Positions 1-8,820 of a stretch of 32,000 bases of DNA are shown piece after piece; position 1 is the first letter of the stretch; each line of letters begins with the position of its first letter. The translations under genes were made by a program, and so were the position numbers. The stretch comes from an uncultured Actinomycetota bacterium (lineage in GTDB: Bacteria > Actinomycetota > Actinomycetes > Mycobacteriales > Mycobacteriaceae). Under the pieces are notes generated by a model. It did no database searches and had not been told where the DNA came from. It worked only from the letters and a program-made list of their open reading frames with translations. The stretch lies in NCBI GenBank assembly GCA_963846905.1, contig CAWJYB010000056.1, forward strand, positions 1-32,000, in the 5' to 3' direction.

Positions 1-63
1 AGCGAGGAATACGGCGGAATCGAATACGGCGGGTTACCAGTAAACCACTGCATATTGCATCTG
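1..63. repeat. Composite repeat, copy 1 (possibly cut by the window edge)
   Basis: Reads gaGGAATACGGCGGAATCGAATACGGCGGGTTACCAGTAaaCCACTGCATATTGCATCTG. The left arm is the 11-mer GAATACGGCGG twice in a 15-bp register, the core is GGTTACCAGTA, and the right arm is CACTGCA-TATT-GCATCTG. The unit recurs at 8542, 9640 and 18468, and in part at 7749, 9847 and 19141. Confidence 0.8.
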
Positions 64-364
64 ATGAGGGCTCGTCTTCGATCCTCACTGTTCTGTCTCG
101 ATCCGTGGGTCACGGTGATCGATGCTTGGCTCATCGCGGACAAGGACGCGCCGCGCAAGCAGCGCCATACTGCCCGGCGGGTCTGGCAGCGTCTGGTCGT
201 CGAGCATCGGGCGACGCTCGCTGAGGTGACGGTGTCGCGTTACGTGGCGCGGCGTCGGGTCGAACTCGGGGCTGGCGACTCGTGAAGTGTCGATCCGCAG
301 ACGTATCTGGCGGGGGCCGAGGCGGAGGTCGACTTCGGCGAGTTCTACTCGACGATCGCCGGTG
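55..364 (+). pseudogene. istA: IS21-family IstA transposase fragment (N- and C-truncated, in-frame stop)
   Basis: The translation LDPWVTVIDAWLIADKDAPRKQRHTARRVWQRLVVEH...VSRYVARRR matches the conserved APRKQRHTA region of IstA. An in-frame TGA lies at 283-285, and the same frame continues QTYLAGAEAEVDFGEFYSTIAGG (the IstA xEAQVDFGE motif). Similarity stops abruptly at 364/365. Confidence 0.7.
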
Positions 365-1825
365 GGGAGAGATGGTCGAGCGGCCCGCACCGTACGCCGT
401 ATCGTTCGCGGATCCTGTCGAGCGTCTTGCGGTTGTTGTCCGCTCACGGCGGTGGTTGAGCTGGAATTTCATGAGGGCGGCCAGCCGCCGCGGTAGCGGG
501 TACCAGAGCAGCAGGTCGGATCCGAACCCGGCGAACACCTTCTTGGGAAGGTGGTCGAAGGCGAGGCTCAAGTTGTACCCGGTCAGCGGAAATACAATCG
601 GCATCGGCGATTTCCCGGTTTTAGCGCCCAACTCTTCGGCATCCGCCTCGTACAACGGCAGGGTGGTGAGCCCGCCGGTGAACATCAGGTGGGTCAGGAA
701 ATAGCCCGCCTGCAGCGTGAGCGGGATAACCGCCGATCGGGACTGTATCGACAGCGTCCGGCCCGACGGCGACACGAACGGTTCGTACGGATGCGAGCTG
801 CGCAGCATCAGACCGGTGCAGTTGACTATCCAGGTGCCGTCAACGACGCGCTCGGTGTTGCCGCTGCGGAACACGAGTTCAGCGGCACCGTCGCGATCGA
901 CTATATCGGCGAGGTGTTCGTTTTCGGCTCGGCGCAGGCCTTGGTTGATCACGGTCATCTCTGCGTCGGACGTACAACCTCCGAAGCCATGGGCGAACTC
1001 GCATTTGTCGCCCGTCGGGCCGGTCCCGAGAATGGAGTAGTACCAGCGCCGGACCTCCTCTTCGTTGGTCCCGTCGTACCGCTTGGCGAACTCAGTGGCC
1101 AGCGTGGGGAACGGTAGGCCGCCGAACCAGCACCTGACTCCGGTGGCGAACAGGACATCGCGCCGCAGTGCTATCGACCCGCTGCCGACCAGCATGTTCA
1201 CTTCGCGTCCCGGGCATTGCGTGATGAGTGTGTGGGCGGTGTCGAGCCCGGTCTTGCCACCGCCGATGATCCATACTGGGGCATCGGAGTCGACAATCCG
1301 GTGCATGTCGTTCGGGGTCGCCGATTTCACGCGGGCGCTGGAGACGGTCAGCGGCGGGTTCGGCTCAACTTGAAATCCGAAGGCCTTGATCAGCCGCTTG
1401 GCGGTAATAACCCGGGTCTGCCCATCGGGAGCCTGCAACGTGACCCAGACCAGGCTGCCGGTCTCCTCGTGCGATACGTAGTTCCAGCCAAAGCGCTCGT
1501 CGACCTCCACGCGCTTGGAGATGACGTTCAGGCAGTGCCGCAGGTGGTCGAGGATCTCCGGCTTGGTCGCGAGGTAGCTGCGCTCTTTACCGAGCGTCCA
1601 CTTGATATTCCCGGCGGTGAACAGTTGATATGGCTGGTGTAATCGGACGTAGTCGTAGGTGTCGGTCCACATCCCACCGACGCGCGTACGGCGGTCGACG
1701 AGCACCACCCGGTCGTTGCGGCCCAGGTACTGGCTTGCTGCGAAGAGGGCGTTCAGGCCGGCGATTCCCGCGCCGACAATGCAGATTTCGCACTGATCGA
1801 TTTGTAGCGTGTCCATGGCTGCCAC
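345..1825 (-). CDS. FAD/NAD(P)-binding oxidoreductase (flavin-monooxygenase-like), paralogue A; C-terminal frame disturbed
   Basis: It has an N-terminal dinucleotide fold (CIVGAGIAGLNA) and a second fold (WIIGGGKTGLDTA). By eye it is about 85% identical in protein to the ORF at 4550-6037. Relative to that paralogue, 1 nt is missing near 431-441. As a result the given ORF runs on to 131 with an Arg/Pro-rich nonsense tail. In the paralogue's frame it would stop at 345-347. Confidence 0.7.
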
Positions 1826-1873
1826 CCTTCCCCGCAGTTGGTCCTGGGGTTCAGTGTCTCGCAGACCGTTCCG

Positions 1874-1892
1874 GCCGATTAGAGTAATCGGC
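1874..1892. promoter_or_regulatory. Inverted repeat upstream of FMO-like gene A (possible operator)
   Basis: GCCGATTA-gag-TAATCGGC is an 8-bp perfect inverted repeat about 50 bp upstream of the ATG at 1825. The homologous position upstream of paralogue B (about 6086-6104) keeps only the outer 6 bp. Confidence 0.25.
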
Positions 1893-1989
1893 TACTCAAT
1901 TTCTGGACGCATTATCGCAGCTTTGTCGGCTCTAATGTCGCGTGTTGTTGAAACGTTTACGATTGATGTTGACGAGCAATTGATCAGCG

Positions 1990-2180
1990 GTCTTGGTTCC
2001 GACGAGCTGCTCGTGGCTGGTCGGGCGTGTGCTACCGGTGCATTCGGCGATCGGTTCTCGGTGTTTGGGCACCCCCTCGGCGGCCAGCAGCACGATCCGC
2101 ACCTGGGTGGCCAACCCCGCCCGTACCGTCGACGCCCGCGTCAACACCTCCAATCGCGCCCGATCCCCATCACGCAACAC
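1990..2180 (-). pseudogene. IS630-like HTH transposase N-terminal fragment
   Basis: The translation LRDGDRARLEVLTRASTVRAGLATQVRIVLLAAEGVP..IAECTGSTRPT resembles the N-terminal HTH region of IS630-family transposases. It lies in a ~420-bp block (about 1935-2355) that is present in unit A and absent from the homologous unit B. Confidence 0.45.
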
Positions 2181-2574
2181 TAGGTGAACTGACCTGGGCT
2201 CGACAGAGAGCGGCGCCGGACTGCGAACCGTGGAGTCGCACGGGTGTCAAGGGCATCGGCGAGGACTGATCGCCTTCCCGGCTCGCTCTTGCTGATGTGG
2301 CGCAGCGCCAGTCAGCGCGCGCCGGCAAGCCACTACGATGCCCGCAGCTAGCCGACCACCTTGGGCTACCATCACTCCCCCTCGTCCAGTACAGCTGCCA
2401 CGTGTCCGGAGCCGCCAATTAGATTGAGACATAACAGCCCTCACCGTCTCCAAACAACTGGCGGTTACCAGCAACCGCCCGCCAACCACATTGAGACCGG
2501 ACACTCGCCGCGCAACGTGATGGACATGACGCGGTCGTGTATACCGTCGTCCCGCCGGCACCACGCCGAAGATG

Positions 2575-3317
2575 ATGATGCTGCCGATCCGCGACAGCCA
2601 CGACCCGTCGCCGCAGTGGCCGATCACGGGGAGTCTGCGGTTGGACTTGGCGCGGAACAGCAGATCGGCGCCCGTGGCCGCGACCTGGCCGATCAGGTCC
2701 GCGGCGGCGAAGTTGCGGTCGGCGAGCAGCAGCATGCCTTGGTGGAGGCAGCCCAGAAGCTTTGGTGCATAGTTGGTTTCGCCCACGCGTAGGGTGCCGA
2801 AGACGGCGTCGAGTACGGTGCGGGTGCCGCATGCGACCACGGTCAGCATCCGCAGCATCGGATACCCCGACGGGCTGTTGCCGCCGCCGGCCCGGCCGAA
2901 CGCGGCCAGGTTCGCCGGGGTGTCGGGGGTGAACATCGACGTGCCGTCGATCGCGCATACCAGCAGGCCACGCCATCGCGCCGCACCGGCGGCGGGGCCG
3001 CGGACCAGGTCGAACAGCTCCCGCAGCGGTTTGACACCGATACGGCGACGGGCTTGGGCCAACGCCGAGGACACCGGATCGGCGACATCGATGCCATCCA
3101 GGCCCGCGGTCATCCGAGCCCACACCTGGCCGTAGCCGAGCTCAGCGAACAGCGCCGCCGCCAGCAGCAGGTACACCACCACCCGCGACGGCAACGCCCG
3201 GACCCTGGCCTGCACCGTCCGGGTCGATTCCAGCACCGCATCGACCATCTCGAACGGGACGATCTGGGTCAACTCGCCGAGGTGACCGGGCGCGAACCGA
3301 CCCGCAGCAACCACCAC
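2575..3317 (-). pseudogene. IS4-family transposase, C-terminally truncated (about 245 of an expected ~450 aa)
   Basis: The N-terminus is IVPFEMVDAVLESTRTVQARVRALPSRVVVYLLLAAALF (IS4 N-terminal domain type), followed by LLVCAIDGTSMF..LLLADRNFAA (first DDE aspartates). Protein-like sequence ends after ..GSWLSRIG near 2583. The element's outer end lies somewhere between 3317 and ~3485. Confidence 0.65.
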
Positions 3318-3484
3318 CGAACCACGAATGACAGACTGAACAGACAGCGGAACTCCCAGGTGAAAGGTCGTCTTGCGAGGACACCCATCAATACCGGGAG
3401 TTCCGCTGCCCTAACTCGCCGACACGCCGCACTCGTCACACTTGACCCAACAGCCACACCCTTAACTGAACGACATTGACACTA

Positions 3485-3757
3485 GTCCTCGGCATCGAAG
3501 CACTTCTGCCCCGGCGCCACGCCGCGGGATCCCTGGAAACCGAGGTGGCCTACCTGTATGACCGCACCGGCGGATCAATCGGATCACTGCGCGCGCTGCT
3601 CAGCGACGCCGCCATCGCCGCGATCCTAGGTGGCGAGGAACAGGTCGGGCGCAAGCTGCTCGACATGACCTCCACCGACTACGCCGCCGAGGAGTACGGA
3701 AGCCGCACAGCCGAGGGTGAACCCGCTTCACCGACGCCGTTGAGGAAAGCCGAATGA
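3485..3757 (+). pseudogene. tniB: TniB-like AAA+ transposition ATPase, C-terminal fragment only
   Basis: IEALLPRRHAAGSLETEVAYLYDRTGGSIGSLRALLSDAAIAAILGGEEQVGRKLLD matches the C-terminal TniB pattern (..RTGGxIGxL..LL..AA..AI..G.E.I....L). The fragment is 5'-truncated where the IS4 remnant begins. Its stop overlaps the next ATG (ATGA at 3754-3757). Confidence 0.6.
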
Positions 3758-4575
3758 CACTGGCGCCGTTGCCAATCCCCACCCGGATCTGTCACGGCGA
3801 GAACATCGACTCCTACAGCCGCCGCCACGCCGCCCACACTCATTGCGCACCCGCCGACGTCGACCGCGCATTGTGCGAACACAGAATCCTGACCACCATG
3901 GCGCGACGGCACCCCGCACGGTTGCAAGCGTGGCGGACCCTGGGCAGACTACGCGACACCGCATTCACCGCACCCCAGCACATCCTCGACGAAGAAGTGA
4001 CCGAGCGAGCACTGTGCCGGCGCTGCTCTCGCGGCGAACCCGCCCGCGGCAGGCTCCCCGACCTGGGTATGGTGTGCCTCCGACACCGACAATGGTTCGG
4101 ATCACCCCAGACCGACCTCCACGACTACCACCCGGCATTGGCCGCCGAATGCCACTTCAGACACGACCTAGCGGCCCGCAACGTCCTGCACGATTCGCTA
4201 CCCATGCTCATCGGCCGCGAATGCGCCAGCCCCGCCATCATCGGCGAAGACGAAATCACTCATCGGCGAGACCAAACGGGCATCGAAAACCCTGGGCGCT
4301 AACCTGTCCAGAACAGTTCAAGATCGCACGCCTGCTGACCCGCGCCACCTTTCTGCGGGCCGTGACTGATCCAGACGTCGCCGACGCCCAACGCCACGCC
4401 CTCGCCACCAGAGAAGTCGAGAAAATCATCCCCGACCGCGACGACGCCGACCCGTGGCGAGCCACCAACCGAGTATGGACGGCGATCACCCACCTCACCG
4501 ACCGCCGACGAGACGCCCGCATCTACGGCGTCCCCATCCGCGACACCTACTACAACATGCTGCGCCTCATCTGCC
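3754..4575 (+). pseudogene. tniQ: TniQ-family protein, frameshifted (~4290-4302) and 3'-truncated at 4575
   Basis: The N-terminus APLPIPTRICHGENIDSYSRRHAAH is the typical TniQ start (pattern: 'P..P.pGEsl.Syl.RlA'). The reading continues in another frame (ALTCPEQFKIARLL...YYNMLRLICRE) and ends exactly at the unit-B boundary, 4575/4576. Confidence 0.6.
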
Positions 4576-6037
4576 GGGAGAGATGGTCGAGCGGCCCGCA
4601 CCGTACGCCGCATCGCTGGCGGATCGTGTCGAGAGTCTTGCGGTTGGTTTGACGTTCGCGACGGTGGTTGACTTGGAATCTCGCGAAGGCAGCCAGCCGC
4701 CGCGGTAGCGGATACCAGAGCAGCAGGTCAGAGCCGAAACCGGTGAATACTTTGGTGGGGAGGTGGTCAAATGCGAGGCTCAGGTTGTACGCAGTCAGAG
4801 GGAATACCGCTGGTATAGGCGATTTCCCTAATTTGTCCCGCAGGTCTTCCAGATCGAGTTCATACAACGGGAGGGTACTGAGCCCGCCGGTGAACATCAG
4901 GTGGGTGAGGAAATAGCCCGCCTGGAGAGTGATCGGGATGACCGCCGATCTGTGTTGTATCGACAGCGTCTGGCCCGACGGCGAGACGAATGGCTCGTAC
5001 GGATGCGAGCCACGCAGCTGTAGACCGGTGCAGTTGACGATCCACGTGCCCTCGGCGACGCGCGTGGTCTGCCCGCTCCGGTACACGAGTTCGGCGTGAC
5101 CATCGCGATCGACCACATCAGCGAGGTATTCGTTGTCGGCTCGCCGCAGGCCGGTGTCGATGACGGCCATCTCGACATCGGACGTACAGCCGCCGATGCC
5201 ATGGGCGAACTCGCATCGCTCACCCGTTGGACCTGTCCCCACGGCTGAGTAGAGCCAGCGCCGGACCTCGTCTTCGTTGGTCCCGTCGTAGCGCTTCGCG
5301 AACTCGGTGCTGAGGGTGGTGAACGGCAGGCCGCCGAACCAGCGACTCGCTCCCGTACTGAACAGGACATCGCGGCGCAGCGCCATTGACCCGCTGCCGA
5401 CCAACATGTTGACCTCACGGCCCGGGCATTGCGTGATGAGCGTGTGGGCGGTGTCAAGACCGGTCTTGCCACCGCCGATGATCCACACCGGGGTGTTGGA
5501 GTCAACGATCCGGTGCATGTCGTTCGGGGTCGCCGACTGCACGCGTGTACTGGAGACCGCCAGCGGCGGATTCGGCTTCATCTCAGATCCGAACGCCTTG
5601 ATGAGCCGCCTGGCGGTAATCACCCGGGTCTGCCCGTCAGGAGCCCGCAACGTCACCGAGACCAGGCCACCGGACTCCTCGTGCGACACATAGTCCCAGC
5701 CCAAACGCTCATCGATGTCCACCCGGCGCGAGAGGACGTTCAAACAGTGCCGCAGATGGTCGAGAATCTCCGGCTTCGTCGCCAGGTAGCAGCGGTCCTT
5801 GCCGAGCGTCCACTTGATATTCCCGGCGGTGAACAATTGATACGGCTGGTGCAATCGGACGTAGTCGTAGGTGTCGGTCCACATCCCACCGACGCGCGTA
5901 CGGCGGTCGACGAGCACCACCCGGTCGTTGCGGCCAAGGTACTGACTTGCTGCGGAAAGGGCGTTCAGGCCGGCGATTCCCGCGCCGACAACGCAGATTT
6001 CGCACTGATCGATTTGTAGCGTGTCCATGGCTGCCAC
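4550..6037 (-). CDS. FAD/NAD(P)-binding oxidoreductase (flavin-monooxygenase-like), paralogue B
   Basis: This is a 495-aa intact ORF with the same two dinucleotide-binding motifs as paralogue A. The last 8 codons (RQMRRSML) lie beyond the A/B homology boundary at 4576, in antisense tniQ DNA. Confidence 0.75.
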   Translation of the reverse strand: MAAMDTLQIDQCEICVVGAGIAGLNALSAASQYLGRNDRVVLVDRRTRVGGMWTDTYDYVRLHQPYQLFTAGNIKWTLGKDRCYLATKPEILDHLRHCLNVLSRRVDIDERLGWDYVSHEESGGLVSVTLRAPDGQTRVITARRLIKAFGSEMKPNPPLAVSSTRVQSATPNDMHRIVDSNTPVWIIGGGKTGLDTAHTLITQCPGREVNMLVGSGSMALRRDVLFSTGASRWFGGLPFTTLSTEFAKRYDGTNEDEVRRWLYSAVGTGPTGERCEFAHGIGGCTSDVEMAVIDTGLRRADNEYLADVVDRDGHAELVYRSGQTTRVAEGTWIVNCTGLQLRGSHPYEPFVSPSGQTLSIQHRSAVIPITLQAGYFLTHLMFTGGLSTLPLYELDLEDLRDKLGKSPIPAVFPLTAYNLSLAFDHLPTKVFTGFGSDLLLWYPLPRRLAAFARFQVNHRRERQTNRKTLDTIRQRCGVRCGPLDHLSRQMRRSML

Positions 6038-6318
6038 CCTTCCCCGCCCCTGTCCTACTAGCGGTCCAGTGTCTCGCAGACCGATCCGGCCGATCAGAGC
6101 AATCGGCTACTCGTTTCCTGGAAGTATGCTGGCAACTTTGTTGGCTCTCGGTGATCATCAACCGGGCTACTACTCCCGTTGTCCAGTAGTCGACCACCTG
6201 TCCGGAACCGCCAAGCAAACTGAGACATAACAGCCACTGATAATCTCAAAATAACTGGCGGTCGCCAGCGGCTGGCCTTCCCCCGAAACCGTGGAGGCAT
6301 CAGCTATAAGGAGTAGCG

Positions 6319-6609
6319 ATGTCAGAGAAACGGAAGAAGTACGACCGGGAGTTCCGTGAGGGGGCTGTTCGGATTGTGCGTGAGACGGGTAAGTCGATCG
6401 CGCAGGTGGCTCGGGATCTGGGGATCCATGAGGGCACTCTGGGCAATTGGGTTGCCCAGGACCGCGAGGCTCGGGAGGGTCGTGGGGAGTTGACCCGCGA
6501 CGATCTCGAGGAGCTCAAACGCCTGCGCAGCGAGAACGCCGAGTTGCGGATGGAGCGCGATGTCCTCAAGCGATCAGTGGTCCTGTGGGTGAAGGAGGCG
6601 ACGAAGTGA
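6319..6609 (+). CDS. IS3-family transposase OrfA (HTH)
   Basis: The 96-aa product is MSEKRKKYDREFREGAVRIV..SIAQVARDLGIHEGTLGNWV followed by a leucine-zipper-like LEELKRLRSENAELRMERDVLK. An SD-like aaggag lies upstream. Confidence 0.9.
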   Translation: MSEKRKKYDREFREGAVRIVRETGKSIAQVARDLGIHEGTLGNWVAQDREAREGRGELTRDDLEELKRLRSENAELRMERDVLKRSVVLWVKEATK

Positions 6610-7541
6610 GCGTGGCACGTTTCATCGCCGACCAGAGGACCAAATATCTAGTGCCACATGTGATTACGTGCGTGTTGTTGGGTGTCAGCGTGTCGTGGTT
6701 CTACAAGTGGATCGCCCGTGCTGAGTCGACCGATGGGTTGCATACCGACACCGATCGGCGCCGCGCGCGCCTCGATACCGCAGTCGCCGCGGCGTTCGCG
6801 GCGGCCAAGGGATTGCATGGTTCGCCGCGGCTGATCGCTGACCTGCGCGATCTGGGTTGGGAAGTGTCGGAGAAGACGGTGGCCGACTCGATGCGCCGCC
6901 AGGGTTTGGTGGCGCGCCGCATAAAGCGCCGCAATGGGCTCACCAAGCAGGACAAGACGGCACCGAAGTTTCCTGACCTGGTCAAACGGGACTTCACCGC
7001 GGCGGCGCCGAACCGCAAATGGGTCGGCGACATGACCGAGATCCCCACTGAGTCCGGGCAGAAACTGTATCTGGCGACGGTGATTGACCTCTATAGCCGC
7101 CGACTGCTGGGGGCGGCCATGGGCCTGCACCCGGATGCCGACTTGGCGTGTGCGGCGATCAAAATGGCCGTGGCCGCGCGCGGCGGCCGTCAAGCGATCT
7201 GGCGGGCTGAGGAGTCCGACCGGGTCATATTCCATACCGACCGCGGTAGCACCTATACCGCACACGCGTTCACCAAGCTGTGCCGGCAGTTGGGGATTCG
7301 GCAGTCGATGGGCCGGGTCGGATCGTGTTTCGACAACGCCGCCGCGGAGGCGTTCTTCTCCTCGTTGGAATGGGAGGTGCTGTCCCGCAATCGTTTCCGT
7401 GATACGATCCATGCGCAGGCTGTGGTTATCGACTGGTGCTACACGTTCTACAATCACCAACGCCGGCACAGTGCCGCCGACGGGCTATCGCCCGTCAACT
7501 ACGAGATCAGGGAATCCAAGACCAAGCCGGAAGCGGCATAG
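6606..7541 (+). CDS. IS3-family transposase OrfB (DDE/rve integrase core)
   Basis: GTG at 6606 overlaps the orfA stop (GTGA). The product contains WVGDMTEI, FHTDRGSTYTA and NAAAEAFFSSLEWE (DDE triad context). I saw no canonical A6G slippery heptamer in the orfA/orfB overlap. Confidence 0.85.
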   Translation: MSVARFIADQRTKYLVPHVITCVLLGVSVSWFYKWIARAESTDGLHTDTDRRRARLDTAVAAAFAAAKGLHGSPRLIADLRDLGWEVSEKTVADSMRRQGLVARRIKRRNGLTKQDKTAPKFPDLVKRDFTAAAPNRKWVGDMTEIPTESGQKLYLATVIDLYSRRLLGAAMGLHPDADLACAAIKMAVAARGGRQAIWRAEESDRVIFHTDRGSTYTAHAFTKLCRQLGIRQSMGRVGSCFDNAAAEAFFSSLEWEVLSRNRFRDTIHAQAVVIDWCYTFYNHQRRHSAADGLSPVNYEIRESKTKPEAA

Positions 7542-7748
7542 GAAACCCTCCACGATTTCGGGGGAACCACACGGTCGCCAGCGGCCGCCCGTCAGTTTGG
7601 ATTGAGACCGGACAACTCGATCAGCGACTGACGCTATGTTGGCTGACGCACAAGGGGCGCAAGCCTGTCGAGCGCGCGGCCGTCAAGTGCGTCAGCGAGG
7701 CCGGTCGAGTTGACCCGACTTGCCGACAAACTACCGCTCCGCCTTGCT

Positions 7749-7788
7749 GGTTACCAGTAGAGCACTGCGTATTGCACTGCGACCCAAC
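7749..7788. repeat. Composite repeat, copy 6: right half only
   Basis: Reads GGTTACCAGTAGAGCACTGCGTATTGCACTGCGACCCAAC. It matches the core and right arm of copies 1 and 4. The sequence immediately to its left (ccgctccgccttgct) has no similarity to the GAATCGAATA arm. It ends 46 bp from the vapC stop. Confidence 0.7.
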
Positions 7789-7834
7789 ATGTTCCGCCTG
7801 TTGTCGTCCTGCTTGCGCGAAACCGCCTCGAGAT

Positions 7835-8233
7835 TCAAACGCGCAGGACAGTCAATCCAGCGACTCCATTGAGGGGATGGAAATCTTCGTCTTGCGTGAC
7901 CACTGGTAGTCCGCGGGAAGCGGCAATGGCCGCGATCCAAAGATCGTTGATACGCACTCGCTGACCCGTCTCCGCCAAGTGCATGCGAAGACGCGCCCAC
8001 ATGCGTGCTGCGTCGTCGTCGACCGGAAATACAAGTAGGTCGGCAATTGCGTCGAGCGTTGCCAGTCGTTGCGCGCGAACATCTGCCGACGCAGCTGCAA
8101 GGACACCAAGGTTGAGTTCAGCCACGGTGACCACGGTCGTCGCAACCTCGTCCGGCACTCCGGATGCGTCGAGTCGGCGGCCACTCTCCTGTGCGATGAA
8201 CACGGACGTATCGAGAACGCCGATGGAGGTCAC
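7835..8233 (-). CDS. vapC: VapC toxin (PIN-domain ribonuclease), module 1
   Basis: The 132-aa product starts GVLDTSVFIA (first PIN acidic residue) and includes ..TVAEL.. and ..NDLWIAAIA..VVTQDEDF. Its GTG start overlaps the upstream antitoxin stop. Confidence 0.85.
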   Translation of the reverse strand: MTSIGVLDTSVFIAQESGRRLDASGVPDEVATTVVTVAELNLGVLAAASADVRAQRLATLDAIADLLVFPVDDDAARMWARLRMHLAETGQRVRINDLWIAAIAASRGLPVVTQDEDFHPLNGVAGLTVLRV

Positions 8234-8490
8234 GAAAGCAGCCCGGGGTCATCGGTGGTGTCGCCGGCCAGTTCGGCGAGTTCCGCACGCAACGCAGGGT
8301 CCGCCTGCGCACGCTCAAGCCTTCGTAGCAATTCCTCCCGACTCAGCAATCTGCGCCGGGTTGGCTGCAGGGCCGTCAGGCGTGCGACCGCCTTACCGCT
8401 GACGGTGACGATGATTTCTTCGCCCGCCTGGACGCGCCGTAGCAGTCCTGCGGTGTCGTTGCGCAGTTCTCGGGAAGCGACTTCAGACAT
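8230..8490 (-). CDS. vapB: VapB antitoxin (Phd/YefM type), module 1
   Basis: The 86-aa product is MSEVASRELRNDTAGLLRRVQAGEEIIVTVSGKAVARL, a typical Phd/YefM N-terminus. It lies directly upstream of, and is translationally coupled to, the PIN gene. Confidence 0.8.
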   Translation of the reverse strand: MSEVASRELRNDTAGLLRRVQAGEEIIVTVSGKAVARLTALQPTRRRLLSREELLRRLERAQADPALRAELAELAGDTTDDPGLLS

Positions 8491-8504
8491 GCTACGAATG
8501 TAGC
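8491..8504. promoter_or_regulatory. Palindrome abutting the vapB1 start (putative operator)
   Basis: GCTAC-gaat-GTAGC lies directly next to the ATG, and the nested TACGA...TCGTA extends to 8513. Confidence 0.3.
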
Positions 8505-8541
8505 ATAATCGTAGAATACCGTCTTCTGGGGTAGAACCGAA

Positions 8542-8608
8542 GAAGATACAGGAATCGAATATGGAGGGTTACCAGCAGACTACGCCGTTTTCGTCGGATG
8601 AATCACGG
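8542..8608. repeat. Composite repeat, copy 2 (degenerate, full length)
   Basis: Reads gaagatacaGGAATCGAATATGGAGGGTTACCAGCAGAC, then tacgccgttttcgtcggATGAATCACgg. The second part parallels the tail of copy 3 (gtgcgccacatccaccaggTGAATCACca). It sits ~50 bp upstream of vapB1. Confidence 0.65.
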
Positions 8609-8726
8609 ACGTTCGGATTCCTACATGAGTGATTCCCGGTGATGTTACTGGTGTGGCTCCTGTGATTGGGGCGAGGGTGGCCATGATCGGCGTTGGAATA
8701 CCGACGCTGAACCGAAAGGGCCCTTC

Positions 8727-8820
8727 GTGGACACCGACCTGGACACCCTCGCCACTGCACTGTATGTGACCTGCGACGACTTGCTCGACACCTATCCCGG
8801 ACGCGCGCCGTATCGGCCGG
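8727..8820 (+). pseudogene. IS982/IS5-like transposase, N-terminal ~30 codons only
   Basis: VDTDLDTLATALYVTCDDLLDTYPGRAPYRP resembles the conserved N-terminus (DLDTLxTALYVxxDD) of IS982-family transposases. Similarity ends near 8820, inside the 3' end of vapC2 on the opposite strand. Confidence 0.45.

Larger units (their letters stand above)
6273..7571 (+). mobile_element. IS3-family insertion sequence, copy 1 (1299 bp)
   Basis: The ends are TGGCCTTCCCCCGAAACCGTGGAGG and CCTCCACGATTTCGGGGGAACCACA (imperfect inverted repeats, TG...CA). It has a two-ORF orfA/orfB organisation. The boundaries were defined by comparison with the near-identical inverted copy at 13758-15056. Confidence 0.9.

Noticed and set aside
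1-63. Could the repeat be a tRNA 3' end (TTCGATT/TTCGAAT-like T-loop), as left by integrative elements?
   Set aside because: On neither strand do the bases flanking the TTCGAWT motif form a complementary 5-bp T-stem. No acceptor stem or CCA context is present either.
131-344. The long Arg/Pro-rich C-terminal extension of FMO-like ORF A (the listed ORF is 564 aa)
   Set aside because: It is antisense to the IS21 istA fragment, of low complexity, and caused by a 1-nt difference from the paralogue. It is not a native domain.
6648-7469. The 273-aa ORF antisense to IS3 orfB (and its twin at 13860-14681)
   Set aside because: It is a shadow ORF typical of high-GC DNA, rich in Arg/Gly/Pro, and lies wholly inside a well-supported transposase gene on the other strand.
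7642-7696. A 10-bp perfect inverted repeat, GCTGACGCAC...GTGCGTCAGC, with a 35-nt spacer
   Set aside because: It is isolated, has a large loop and no U-tract, and no gene ends nearby. It is noted but cannot be interpreted from the sequence alone.
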